This document shows, in pieces, positions 33,146 to 42,263 of a stretch of DNA of 64,000 nt. The stretch lies in the IMG/VR virus record IMGVR_UViG_3300037424_001630, positions 1 to 64,000 of that record. One strand, 5' to 3'. This stretch comes from a virus (taxonomy: Duplodnaviria; Caudoviricetes). The position numbers were made by a program, and so were the translations under genes. The notes beneath the pieces are model-generated. The model did no database searches. It was not told the origin of the DNA and saw nothing but the letters and a program-made list of their open reading frames with translations. Numbering within the stretch: position 1 is the stretch's first letter; each line of letters opens with the position of its first letter.

Positions 33146-33529
33146 ATGAAGACGATCGCTGCCGTCGCTGTAGCTCTCGCGCTGTTCGTGACTTTCCCGT
33201 CGCCGCCCGCCGAGGGGGGCGCGTGCCTCCCGCCTGGCGTCTCCGCATCGGCTCTGGCGTCCTGGCCCGTCGTGGCGACGCAGCCGATGCTCACGCAGGA
33301 CGAGACTGGAGCCGTCGTGGGCGTCGTCCTGAAGATGTACGACCGGGGGAGCGGCACCGTCATGCTCGCGTGGGTCAGGGACGTCGCCGTCTTCTTCGAC
33401 CCGAACCCGGATGACCCTAACGTCCCGGGACTCTTGAACGAGCAGATGTTCAACGCCGACAAGGCGCTGCGGACCGCGCCGACCGGCCCGTGCAAGTGGC
33501 GAAAGATCCGTGAGGGCTCGTCCGCGTGA
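33146..33529 (+). CDS. Putative secreted protein
   Basis: SD GAGGAGG; signal peptide MKTIAAVAVALALFVTFPSPPAEG; preceded by TATACT at 33116. Confidence 0.6.
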   Translation: MKTIAAVAVALALFVTFPSPPAEGGACLPPGVSASALASWPVVATQPMLTQDETGAVVGVVLKMYDRGSGTVMLAWVRDVAVFFDPNPDDPNVPGLLNEQMFNADKALRTAPTGPCKWRKIREGSSA

Positions 33530-34503
33530 GCGTACTGACCGGGGACCTGAACTGCTACGGCAGCGCCGTGATGCCCGACGACGACTCCGTCCTCGACATA
33601 GGCGGAGCCGTCGACCGAACGCGGACCGTGGAGTTCGTGGACGTGGGGAGCGACTCCCTGCAGGCGGTGAGCTCCAGCGCCGCCGACGTGACGCAGTCCG
33701 TCGACGTGGCGTACCGCGACGCGACGGGCGTCGCCCTGTCGCTCTCCATCGCCCTGGCGGGCCAGGCGGTGGTGTCCGACGCGACGGTGGTCGAGCGCAT
33801 CCTGAAGGCGGTCAAGGACCTCACTTGCGCCGGGGACGTGGCGCTCGAGGCCGCGACCGCCGTGCTGTCCGGGACCCTGTCGGCCGGCGGCCTCACCTCC
33901 GCCACTCTGCCCGTCGGCGCCTCGCCGGTCGACGACGCGTACCGCGGGCTCGTACTACGCGAGACGAACGGCGCGCGCCGCATCCGGAAGGTCGTCCGGT
34001 ACACGGGGGCGTCGCGCGTGGCGGTCGTGGATCGCGCCTGGGGCGGGTCGCCGCCCGACGGGACGACGACGTTCCGCCTCTCCGCTGGCGCGTACTTCCC
34101 GAAGCTGCCGTTCGAGGTCTTCGAGGTCCGCCGCCCGTTCTACGCGGCGTCGTCGGACCCGCTTGTCGCCAAGACGTACTACGAGAAGGTGTTCCTGAGC
34201 AACGAGCACGCGACCCTCGCGCTGCTGGAGGCGGTGGTGTCGGAGTACGACGACCCGGGGGCGGACATAGAGTTCGCCCTCGAGACCACCCTCGACGGGT
34301 CGGGCACGAACGGCGCAGGGAACAGCCGGCAGGTCGCGCCCTCGGCGGGGGTCGGCGCGTTCAGCAGCGCGGACAAGCCCGCGGTCGGGAGCGTCGTGGG
34401 GGCGGGGCAGGCGCAGGGGACGTGGCTGAAGCTGTCCCTCCCGGCCGACGCGCCCGCGCAGAACACGACGTACACGGTCGCGCTTACCGGGACGTCCATC
34501 TGA
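33526..34503 (+). CDS. Virion structural protein (paralog of 55117-56124)
   Basis: Shares ERILKAVKDLTCAGDVALE, YYEK and GSGTNG.GN.RQVAP with 55117-56124. Confidence 0.7.
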   Translation: MSVLTGDLNCYGSAVMPDDDSVLDIGGAVDRTRTVEFVDVGSDSLQAVSSSAADVTQSVDVAYRDATGVALSLSIALAGQAVVSDATVVERILKAVKDLTCAGDVALEAATAVLSGTLSAGGLTSATLPVGASPVDDAYRGLVLRETNGARRIRKVVRYTGASRVAVVDRAWGGSPPDGTTTFRLSAGAYFPKLPFEVFEVRRPFYAASSDPLVAKTYYEKVFLSNEHATLALLEAVVSEYDDPGADIEFALETTLDGSGTNGAGNSRQVAPSAGVGAFSSADKPAVGSVVGAGQAQGTWLKLSLPADAPAQNTTYTVALTGTSI

Positions 34504-34829
34504 TGCCGGTCACCCCGCGGGACGGCGGCCAGGCGGCACTGACCGTCGCTGACCAGACCATCTACACGTGTCCGGCCGCGACGACGATGACGCTGCGGGC
34601 GATCACCGTCTGCAACACGACGGCCGCGGCGCTGTCCGTCACCGTCTACAAGGTGCCGAGCGGGCAGGTGGTGGGGGACGAGTACGCGCTGATGCGCGAC
34701 CTGCTGGTCCCCGGGAGGGGGATGGCGGTCGACGACTCGGTCCACGTCCTCGAGGAGGGCGGCAAGATTGTCGCCCACGCGAGCGACGTCGGCCTGACCA
34801 TCTCCCTCGACGGCGCGGAGGTGACGTAG
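34503..34829 (+). CDS. Small beta-rich virion protein
   Basis: TIYTCPAATT...ITVCNTT...LEEGGKIVA pattern; TGATG coupling. Confidence 0.55.
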   Translation: MPVTPRDGGQAALTVADQTIYTCPAATTMTLRAITVCNTTAAALSVTVYKVPSGQVVGDEYALMRDLLVPGRGMAVDDSVHVLEEGGKIVAHASDVGLTISLDGAEVT

Positions 34830-34831
34830 CC

Positions 34832-36127
34832 GTGGCCATCACCGTCGTCCCGAGCACGCCCCAGGGCCTCGCGACCACCGACAGCCCGACGTTCGCCGCG
34901 CTGACGCTGACGAACCCCCTCGTCCCGGCGAGTGGCGGTACCGGGCACGCGGTCTACGTGGTCGGGGACCTGCTCCAGGCGGACACGACGACGACGCTCG
35001 CGCGTCTCGCGGCTCCGTCGGCCGGGAAGTTCATCAGGGCGGCGGGCGTCGGGGTGATGTTCGCGTGGTCCACGCTCGTCCTGCCGAACGCGGCGACGGC
35101 GTTCCGCCTGCCCGTGGCGACGGCCGCCGACACGATCGGCGAGCTCGCCGCCTCCGGCGCGGCGGGGGAGTACCTCGCGGGGGTGACCGGGGCGGTTCCC
35201 GCGTGGGCGACGCTGAACCAGGCCGCGGTGGCGGGGCTGACGACCGCCTCGACGCCCACGTTCGTCAGCGTTCTGCTCTCGGGGCTCACGGCGTCCGTCC
35301 CCGTGGTCACGGACGGGAGTAAGAACCTCGCCTCGCAGACGTATGCGAGCTTCAAGGCGAGCCTGGTCATCGCCCAGGCTGACGTCGCGGGCCTGACGAC
35401 GGCGAGCAGCCCGACGTTCAACGCCCTGACGCTGACGACGAACCTCGGGGCCGGCGGCGCCGCCGCGGCGCGGGTTTGGATCAAGCAGTCCGCCAACTCG
35501 GTCGCCGGCGGGCTGAGGAGCGTTCGGAGCGACGCGGCAAACTTCCTCGACCTGTACATCGGCGGCGACAACGCGATATATCTCCAGAACAACGGCGGCG
35601 CCGACGCCTACGTGTCGCTGGGGTCCGCGGGCCAGTTCGTCGTCGGCACGGCGGGCCCGCACGCCATCGGTGGAGCGGTGAGCGTCAACGACCAGATCAC
35701 GCTCAAGGGCGCCTTCACAGGTTCGGCGCTGACTCGCGGGTTTACAATGACATCCGACCTCACCGGAATAGCGGGAGCGGACATCAAGGGCGCGCAGTTC
35801 AACCCGAACCTTATTGAGGCCGGGAGCGGCGTGCACGCGGTCGTGGTCGGCTTCGAGGTGATCCCCGGAATCACCGCGGGCGCCGCGACGGTGACGGACG
35901 CCATCGGGGCGCGGTTCCGCGAGTTCGCAGCGGCGACGGGGACCACAAGCGCCAGCACGGTCAAGATCGAGGACGCCCCGACCGGGGCGACGAACATGTA
36001 CGCGCTGTGGGTCGTGACGGGAGGCGTGCGGCTCGGCGGGCTCGGCGCCTTCGTGGCCGGCGACAAGTACGTCATCGCGGACGCGAACGGGAACCTGCAC
36101 GTGTCGGCGCTCGGGCCGGCGTCCTAG
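34832..36127 (+). CDS. Tail fibre/appendage-like protein
   Basis: Thr/Ala/Gly-rich; repeated GLTTASSPTF-type motifs typical of fibre proteins. Confidence 0.6.
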   Translation: MAITVVPSTPQGLATTDSPTFAALTLTNPLVPASGGTGHAVYVVGDLLQADTTTTLARLAAPSAGKFIRAAGVGVMFAWSTLVLPNAATAFRLPVATAADTIGELAASGAAGEYLAGVTGAVPAWATLNQAAVAGLTTASTPTFVSVLLSGLTASVPVVTDGSKNLASQTYASFKASLVIAQADVAGLTTASSPTFNALTLTTNLGAGGAAAARVWIKQSANSVAGGLRSVRSDAANFLDLYIGGDNAIYLQNNGGADAYVSLGSAGQFVVGTAGPHAIGGAVSVNDQITLKGAFTGSALTRGFTMTSDLTGIAGADIKGAQFNPNLIEAGSGVHAVVVGFEVIPGITAGAATVTDAIGARFREFAAATGTTSASTVKIEDAPTGATNMYALWVVTGGVRLGGLGAFVAGDKYVIADANGNLHVSALGPAS

Positions 36128-36131
36128 CGCA

Positions 36132-36584
36132 ATGAAGAAGCGGCACCTCTACCTGGTCAAACCCACGAGGAGGCACGGAGCCATGATGAAGATGCCCATC
36201 GAGACGCCCCAGCTGTTCGCCGAGCTGTACACCGCCTTCCAGGCGGGGGAGCGCGGCCTGACCGGCGTGCGCAACCTCCGGGCCGCGGCCCGCGTCTACG
36301 ACGCGCTCGACGCGGTCAGCGTCGAGGTCAAGAGCGCCGCCGGGCAGGTGGTCGGGCGCCAGCTGGCGACGCCGGGCTCCGACCTCGTGCTGGAGACGGC
36401 CGAGTGGGACCTGTTCCGCGACGTCGTGAAGGGCGTCGTTGAGGACGGCGCCAAGGGGGCGGGGCGCATCATGGACGCCCGGCGCTCGCTCGTCCTGCTC
36501 GAGGCGCTCGAGGGCGCGGGGAAGGTGGCGGTCGCGACAGCGCACGAGGACGTCGCGCCGCTGCAGGCCGAGCCGCAGGCGTAG
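36132..36584 (+). CDS. Hypothetical protein, possibly fibre assembly chaperone
   Basis: Helical ORF directly after the fibre-like gene; function inferred from position only. Confidence 0.4.
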   Translation: MKKRHLYLVKPTRRHGAMMKMPIETPQLFAELYTAFQAGERGLTGVRNLRAAARVYDALDAVSVEVKSAAGQVVGRQLATPGSDLVLETAEWDLFRDVVKGVVEDGAKGAGRIMDARRSLVLLEALEGAGKVAVATAHEDVAPLQAEPQA

Positions 36585-36586
36585 CC

Positions 36587-37876
36587 ATGGCAGAGCAGGT
36601 CGTCAGGATCCTCCCGGACTCGACGGGCAAGCGCGTCCGCGTGGTCGAGGTGACGCGCAACGCCCTGCAGGTCGAGCAGCAGGTCGTCTGCATCGCCAAC
36701 GAGCGCGGGGACATCCTGCCGACCTCGGAGCTGATGTCGGAGTTCGGGCTCATGCGCGTCGCGGCGCCCATCACGCTGTTCGACGGGAAGTTCCTGTCGG
36801 ACAAGCAGCCCCTCTTCTGGGACGAGACGCTCGTCGGAGGCGGGACGGTGACGTACGACGCGGCGCACTCGCACGTCGAGCTGGCGGTGACCGGGGGCGT
36901 CGACTCCGCCGTCATGCAGACGCACATGCGGTTCAACTACCAGGCGGGCAAGAGCCAGCTGATCATGATGTCCGGCCTCTTCTCACAGCAGGCCAACGTG
37001 AGGAAGCGCGTCGGCTACTTCGACGGGATAACCGGGCTGTTCCTGGAGGTCACGGGGACGGGGATCTCCATGAACATCATGAACGCCGCCGCGGTCACCG
37101 AGACGGCCGCCCAGGCGGCGTGGAACTTGGACCCGCTCGACGGGACCGGGCCGTCCGGCGTAACGCTCGACCTGGACGCGACGCAGATCCTCATCATCGA
37201 CTTCCAGTGGCTCGGTACGGGGCGAGTCCGGTTCGGCTTCATCATCGGCGGGCGCATCGTGTACGTGCACGCGTTCGACCACGCGAACGTCGCGGGGAAC
37301 GCCTTCGCGTACATGTTGAGCCCGAACCTCCCGCTGCGGTACGACGTCTTGTCGTCCGGCGGGGCGGGGTCGGCGATCCAGATATGCTCGACGGTGGTCG
37401 TCGAGGGCGGCAGCACGGACAGGGGTCTGACGTACAGCGTCGACATGGGCGTGACGCCGCTCACCCTGCCAGCGTCGGGCGTGCAGGCGCTCATCGCGGT
37501 GCGCCTCAAGGCGGGGCGGGCCGCGACGGTGGTGCCGGACGGCATGAACCTGCTGACGACCACGGTGAACGCCAACATCCGTTGGGAGATGCGGATGAAC
37601 CCGGTGGTGGCCGGCACCGCCCTGGTCTGGGTGGGGGTGGACGACACGAGCATCGAGGTAGCCTACGGGGTGGCGACCAACCTTGTCACGGGCGGGTTCC
37701 AGGGCTCTTCCGGGTACCTCTCGTCGCAGGTGCGCCTGGCGGAGACCAAGCTGAACCCGTCCCTCCTCCTGGGCACCGCCTTCTTCGGCACTCAGGACGT
37801 CCTGATCCTGAGCGCTCAGGCCGTCGCGGGGACGCCGAACGTCCTGGCGGAGCTGTCGTTCCGAGAGATCCTGTAG
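36587..37876 (+). CDS. Virion structural protein, beta-sandwich rich
   Basis: FNYQAGKSQ, IDFQWLGTGRVRFG, PNLPLRY motifs common in phage structural proteins. Confidence 0.6.
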   Translation: MAEQVVRILPDSTGKRVRVVEVTRNALQVEQQVVCIANERGDILPTSELMSEFGLMRVAAPITLFDGKFLSDKQPLFWDETLVGGGTVTYDAAHSHVELAVTGGVDSAVMQTHMRFNYQAGKSQLIMMSGLFSQQANVRKRVGYFDGITGLFLEVTGTGISMNIMNAAAVTETAAQAAWNLDPLDGTGPSGVTLDLDATQILIIDFQWLGTGRVRFGFIIGGRIVYVHAFDHANVAGNAFAYMLSPNLPLRYDVLSSGGAGSAIQICSTVVVEGGSTDRGLTYSVDMGVTPLTLPASGVQALIAVRLKAGRAATVVPDGMNLLTTTVNANIRWEMRMNPVVAGTALVWVGVDDTSIEVAYGVATNLVTGGFQGSSGYLSSQVRLAETKLNPSLLLGTAFFGTQDVLILSAQAVAGTPNVLAELSFREIL

Positions 37877-37888
37877 CCGGAGGGCGGC

Positions 37889-38581
37889 GTGACCCTCCTC
37901 ACGCTCCTCCAGATATGGCACCCGGCGCCGTCGGTCAGCAACGACGACGCCTGGGACGTCGCGCCCGGGATGCTGTCGTCCTCCGGAGTGGCGACGCTCG
38001 CGGACCTCCCGTTCGCCGCCTACTACGACCTGACCGTCCGGCGCCGGATCGGCGTCCCGGTCGAGTCGCTCGCCGGGCCCGACCGGCGGGTAGTCATCCC
38101 GATCGAGTCGCTCGCGGGGATGGCGCGCAGACTAGGCGTGCCCATAGAGTCCCTCGTCGGGCTGGCCCGGAAGCTCGGCATCCCGGTCGAGTCGCTCTCC
38201 GGCTCGGGTCGCCGGGCGGGCGCCCCGGTCGAGTCGCTAGTCGGACTGGCCCGCCGGCTCAGCATGCCGGTCGAGGCGATCGTCGAGCTGATGGCCCGCA
38301 GGCTCGGCGTCCCGGTCGAGTCGCTCGCGGCGACGTCGCGGCTGGTGACCATCCCGGTGGAGTGGTCGTCGACGGCACAGCCGTCCCCCGGGCCCGGGTT
38401 CCCGCCCCAGCCCGGCGGCGGTGTGGCGCTGCCCAAGCGGAGGCGCCCGTGGCCGACCATGTCGGAGCCGGTCTGCCTAGTGGGACTCGTCGTCGCCCCG
38501 CCAGCGAGGCTGCGAGGGGACGGTGCGGCGGAGCCGGACGAGCTGTTCGGCGAGGAGGGCCGGCTGCTCGGGCTGGTCTGA
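37889..38581 (+). CDS. Structural protein with ~14-aa tandem repeats
   Basis: About 8 copies of RRLGVPVESLAGxx at ~38040-38365. Confidence 0.6.
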   Translation: MTLLTLLQIWHPAPSVSNDDAWDVAPGMLSSSGVATLADLPFAAYYDLTVRRRIGVPVESLAGPDRRVVIPIESLAGMARRLGVPIESLVGLARKLGIPVESLSGSGRRAGAPVESLVGLARRLSMPVEAIVELMARRLGVPVESLAATSRLVTIPVEWSSTAQPSPGPGFPPQPGGGVALPKRRRPWPTMSEPVCLVGLVVAPPARLRGDGAAEPDELFGEEGRLLGLV

Positions 38582-38594
38582 CGCGGCGGTGGCG

Positions 38595-38600
38595 TATAAT
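38595..38600 (+). promoter_or_regulatory. Candidate -10 box TATAAT heading the lysis cassette
   Basis: TATAAT 20 nt upstream of the holin ATG and before its GGAGG SD. Confidence 0.45.
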
Positions 38601-38620
38601 GGCGGGGTGGAGGACGAGCC

Positions 38621-38980
38621 ATGGTGAGGTTCCAGAACTTCCTACGAGAGACCTGGCGGGTGCGGTGGATGCTCGCCTTCGCCCTCGCGATCGTCGCCGT
38701 CAGGGCCTACGGGCTGCTCCCCGAAGAGTCGGTGACACTCAGGACGCTGTACCGCCCGGCGATCGGCTCTATGGGGTTCGTCGTCGCGCACGTCGGCTGG
38801 TCCCAGGTCTTCCCGTACCTGGACATGCGCGACCTGCTCCGTCGCTCCCAGATCGACGAGGATCGGAGGAACGGCGACCCGTTCTCGCGCTGGGCGTCCG
38901 CCGTTGCGTTCGGCGCGGTCTGCGTGGCGCGCGGGCTCGTGTATTCTGCGTTCGTCGTCGGGGCGATGCTCGCCCTGTGA
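38621..38980 (+). CDS. Putative holin
   Basis: Three hydrophobic segments; QVFPYLD and GLVYSAFVVGAMLAL resemble Mu-type putative holins; upstream of the endolysin. Confidence 0.65.
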   Translation: MVRFQNFLRETWRVRWMLAFALAIVAVRAYGLLPEESVTLRTLYRPAIGSMGFVVAHVGWSQVFPYLDMRDLLRRSQIDEDRRNGDPFSRWASAVAFGAVCVARGLVYSAFVVGAMLAL

Positions 38981-38993
38981 GAAGGGTCCGGAC

Positions 38994-39080
38994 ATGGGGT
39001 GGCACATCGCGCAGCTGATCTTCGCCTTGGTAGTGCTCGCCCTGCTCGCTATGCTCGCACTCGGGCTGATCGCCCCGTGA
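38994..39080 (+). CDS. 28-aa membrane peptide MGWHIAQLIFALVVLALLAMLALGLIAP
   Basis: ATG after gaagggtccggac; paralogous to 39961-40071. Confidence 0.5.
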   Translation: MGWHIAQLIFALVVLALLAMLALGLIAP

Positions 39081-39229
39081 CGGCGCTCGAGTGGGCGACG
39101 ACGGAGCGGTGCGTGCGGTGCCGGTGGACCGGGTCGTTCCCTATCAGGCGAGAGAAGATCCACCGCTGCCCGCGGTGCGGCGGAGTCGTAGCCGAGTACG
39201 CCCACGGGGACCAGGAGCGCCCGGCGTGA
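39077..39229 (+). CDS. Small zinc-ribbon protein
   Basis: CVRC...CPRC; GTGA couplings. Confidence 0.45.
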   Translation: MTALEWATTERCVRCRWTGSFPIRREKIHRCPRCGGVVAEYAHGDQERPA

Positions 39230-39948
39230 GAATAGCGATCCGCCTTGTTTTCGCGATCCCCGTCATGCTCGCGTGGCTCCTCGCCGGTTGCTCCCCCGAG
39301 TCTCCCGCGTCGGCGGCGGCCGGTCCGCTGTCGCCTGCGTACGTGACCGTCCCCGGGGTCCCGAAGGGGATACCGAAGGAGGCGGCACAGTACCGGCGCG
39401 CCATCATCAGGGAGGCGGGGTACTACTGGGGGCTGTCGGCCCCCACGACGACGTTCTTCGCTCAGGTCCACCAGGAGAGCAGGTTCCGCGCCGAGGCGAG
39501 GTCGAGGTTCGCCGCCGGCCTGGCTCAGTTCACGCCGCAGACGGCGGCGGGCATGCAGGCGCAGTACCCGGACCTCCGCGTGCTGTGCGGCGAGGGCGGC
39601 GGCTGCGCGCTCGACCCGGGGTGGGCGATCCGTGCGATGGTGCTGTACGACCGCGGGCTCTGGCGCGGGCGCGCCTTCGCCGCGGGGGACGAGCGACTCG
39701 CCTTCATGCTGGCGGACTACAACGGCGGCGCGGGCTGGGTCAATCGCGAGCGAGCCGCGTGCCTCGCCGCGCCTCCGGCCGGCGCGCCCGGCGGGTGCGA
39801 CTCGACGAGGTACTTCAGGAACGTCCAGTCGTTCTGCGGGAAGTCGGTCCCCTCCCGCGCGGAGTGGGCGTGCAAGGAGAACACGAGGTATCCGAGTGTT
39901 ATAATGTTCTCGTGGCGTCCGCTGTACGATCGCTGGCTGAGTAACTGA
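39226..39948 (+). CDS. Lytic transglycosylase (SLT) endolysin with lipoprotein signal
   Basis: QVHQESRF (catalytic Glu), AAGLAQFTPQTA, LADYNGGAGWV; N-terminal LLAGC lipobox. Confidence 0.85.
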   Translation: MRIAIRLVFAIPVMLAWLLAGCSPESPASAAAGPLSPAYVTVPGVPKGIPKEAAQYRRAIIREAGYYWGLSAPTTTFFAQVHQESRFRAEARSRFAAGLAQFTPQTAAGMQAQYPDLRVLCGEGGGCALDPGWAIRAMVLYDRGLWRGRAFAAGDERLAFMLADYNGGAGWVNRERAACLAAPPAGAPGGCDSTRYFRNVQSFCGKSVPSRAEWACKENTRYPSVIMFSWRPLYDRWLSN

Positions 39949-39960
39949 GGGAGGTCCGCT

Positions 39961-40071
39961 ATGGGTTGGTACGTCGCGCTGATCTTCGCCCTGATCCTCC
40001 TCGTCGCCTACCGCGGCGAGGTCAAGTCCGCGGTCGAGTGGGCGGTCTCGCTGTTCAGGAAGAGCGGGTAG
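39961..40071 (+). CDS. 36-aa membrane peptide MGWYVALIFALILLVAYRGEVK...
   Basis: SD GGGAGG; extended -10 TGTTATAAT at 39897-39905; paralogous to 38994-39080. Confidence 0.55.
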   Translation: MGWYVALIFALILLVAYRGEVKSAVEWAVSLFRKSG

Positions 40072-40072
40072 C

Positions 40073-40462
40073 GTGGGCGCCGCTCTCGCGTTCATCGTCC
40101 CTCTCCTGAGGAAGCCCCTGGTGTGGGGGATACTCGGCGGCGCGCTCCTGGTCGGGGTCGGGTACGTCTGGCTGGCGCCGAAGATCAGCGCGTGGCGGTC
40201 CGGGCGCCAGGGGCTCGCTCAGATCGACACGACCGTCCGGGACATCGATACGCTCCGCCGCGACCGGGAGAAGCAGGGCAACGTGATCCGCCAGCTCTCG
40301 GCGGACATCGCCCGTCTCCGCCAGGAGGCGGCGGCGCGGCAGGCGACCGTCCTGGAACTGCAGGCGCGGATAGACGCCGCCACCGCAGCCCGCGAGGACC
40401 AGAAGCCCGTGAGGTCGCTCAGGGAGGCCAAGGAGGCGCTCGATGCGCTGTACCGCAGGTAG
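40073..40462 (+). CDS. i-spanin-like protein
   Basis: N-terminal TM followed by coiled coil, downstream of the endolysin. Confidence 0.55.
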   Translation: MGAALAFIVPLLRKPLVWGILGGALLVGVGYVWLAPKISAWRSGRQGLAQIDTTVRDIDTLRRDREKQGNVIRQLSADIARLRQEAAARQATVLELQARIDAATAAREDQKPVRSLREAKEALDALYRR

Positions 40463-40916
40463 GGCATTCGTCGCGTCCCTGGCGCTCGTCTTCCTGGCAG
40501 CCGCGCCCGCGTGGTCCGAGAACGTAGCTGAACTTCGGACCGGGACACCCGCTCCGTTCGACGGGCTTCTGATCGACCTGCCGGTCGCTGAGCGGGTCGT
40601 CGAGGACGCGCGCGACGCCCGGTCGCTACGGGAGGTGAACGCCCTCCTGACGAAGCAGGTCGAGGAGATGCGCGCGGCGAACCGGCTCCTGGAGCTGGCG
40701 CTGGCGAAGGCCGACGCGCGCGAGGAGCTCCGGAAGGAGATGGACGCCAGGGTCGACTTCGTGCTGGCGGAGTCGCGCAAGACGTTGCAGGACACGCGCG
40801 AGCTGATCGTGTTCTACGAGAAGCAGATGGAGCGCCTGGAGCGGCGGATGCTGGTCACGCAGATCCTCGGCGTCCTCGGCCCGATCGGCATGGGCGTCGC
40901 GTTTTTCCTGCACTGA
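40443..40916 (+). CDS. Spanin-region envelope protein (signal peptide, coiled coil, C-terminal TM)
   Basis: Overlaps the previous gene; AFVASLALVFLAAAPAWS signal; ILGVLGPIGMGVAFFLH C-terminal anchor. Confidence 0.5.
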   Translation: MRCTAGRAFVASLALVFLAAAPAWSENVAELRTGTPAPFDGLLIDLPVAERVVEDARDARSLREVNALLTKQVEEMRAANRLLELALAKADAREELRKEMDARVDFVLAESRKTLQDTRELIVFYEKQMERLERRMLVTQILGVLGPIGMGVAFFLH

Positions 40917-40925
40917 GGAGCGGCT

Positions 40926-42263
40926 ATGGGAACCGAAGCGAGGGCGGTTAGCGTAGAGCGCTCGGAGTGGTCCGCGGCCAAGATCAACGACCTGCCCGAC
41001 AGCTCGTTCGCGTACATAGAGCCCGGCGGGCGCAAGGACGACCAGGGTAAGACGGTGCCTCGTTCGCTGCGGCACCTCCCGTACAAGGACGAGGGCGGGG
41101 CGGTCGACCTGGACCACCTCCGCGCTGCGCTCTCGCGCGTGTCGCAGACGGACCTCCCCAAGGCGACCCAGGCGAGGGTGCGCGCGAGGCTCGAGGCAGC
41201 GGCGGCAGAGCGCGGCGTGGGAGAGCACGAGAAGGGCGCCGTCGAGAAGTACATAACCCACGAAGGGGGCAAGTGGCAGGTGCGCGCGGAGAGCGGCAAG
41301 ATCCTCGGTACGCACGACAGCAAGGGGGACGCGGTCCGCCAGCTGGCCGCCGTCGAGGCGAACAAGGACCCGAAGGGGAAGTCCGTCGCCTTCTCCTCCG
41401 CCAAGTTTAAGGCGGAGAACCCGGGCAGCGAGGTCCAGACACTCATCTTCGGCAAGGACAAGTACCCGAAGGCGTCGGAGGCGAAGGCGTGGGCGAGCGA
41501 CCACGGGTTCGAGTCAGGCGACGTCGAGGAGACCGGCGAGAGCTTCCGGCTCCTCCAGAGGGCCCCCGACAAGTACGCGCGCATGCGGACCATCGAGATG
41601 ACGGAGGGCGTGCAGGCGGTCATCGGCTTCCCGAAGAAGTCGCTCGAGGCCGTCAAGTCTCTGTTCCTTCGGAGCGTCGAGAGCCTGCTCCCCGCGCTCA
41701 AGGCCGCCGACCTGTACCGGGCGGAGTTCGAGCCGGTCGAGGAGACGGAGGCCGGGACGGTCTACCGCGTCAAGTGCGCTGGCCGGGACTTCCACTTCGC
41801 CGAGAAGAACGGGAGCGCGGCGCCCGTCCCCTCGTACGCGGCGCTCAAGCTCCTGCGAAAGCGGGCCTTCGTGCCGGTCGTCAAGAGCGAGGAGAAGCGG
41901 TACACGCTTGGGGTGTGCTACCCCGCATCGAAGGTCGGCAAGCCCGAGCCGGACTTCCACGGCGACGTGATGGGCGAGGACGAGCTCGAGAAGAGCGCCT
42001 GGGGCTTCATGGCGAAGGGCGCCGACCGGATCGGGCTCATGCACAGGCCGGGCACCGCCGGCGCGGGGCGGGTGGTGGAGAGCTACATCTACCGGGGACC
42101 GTCCTACAAGGTGAAGGACGTCAGTGGCGCGGAGCAGGAGATCAGCCCCGGAGACTGGATGCTCGGTGTGGTGTGGAACGACGAGGGGTGGCAGGCGATC
42201 AAGAGCGGGAACCTCACCGGGTACTCGCTCCAGGGCGCCGCGCGGAAGGAGGCCGTAGCATGA
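40926..42263 (+). CDS. Multi-domain head protein with C-terminal XkdF-like putative prohead protease
   Basis: KSEEKRYTLGVCYP...DFHGDVMGEDELEKSAWGFM...GLMH...VVESYI...GDWMLGV...WQAIKSGNLTGYSLQG. Confidence 0.8.
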   Translation: MGTEARAVSVERSEWSAAKINDLPDSSFAYIEPGGRKDDQGKTVPRSLRHLPYKDEGGAVDLDHLRAALSRVSQTDLPKATQARVRARLEAAAAERGVGEHEKGAVEKYITHEGGKWQVRAESGKILGTHDSKGDAVRQLAAVEANKDPKGKSVAFSSAKFKAENPGSEVQTLIFGKDKYPKASEAKAWASDHGFESGDVEETGESFRLLQRAPDKYARMRTIEMTEGVQAVIGFPKKSLEAVKSLFLRSVESLLPALKAADLYRAEFEPVEETEAGTVYRVKCAGRDFHFAEKNGSAAPVPSYAALKLLRKRAFVPVVKSEEKRYTLGVCYPASKVGKPEPDFHGDVMGEDELEKSAWGFMAKGADRIGLMHRPGTAGAGRVVESYIYRGPSYKVKDVSGAEQEISPGDWMLGVVWNDEGWQAIKSGNLTGYSLQGAARKEAVA

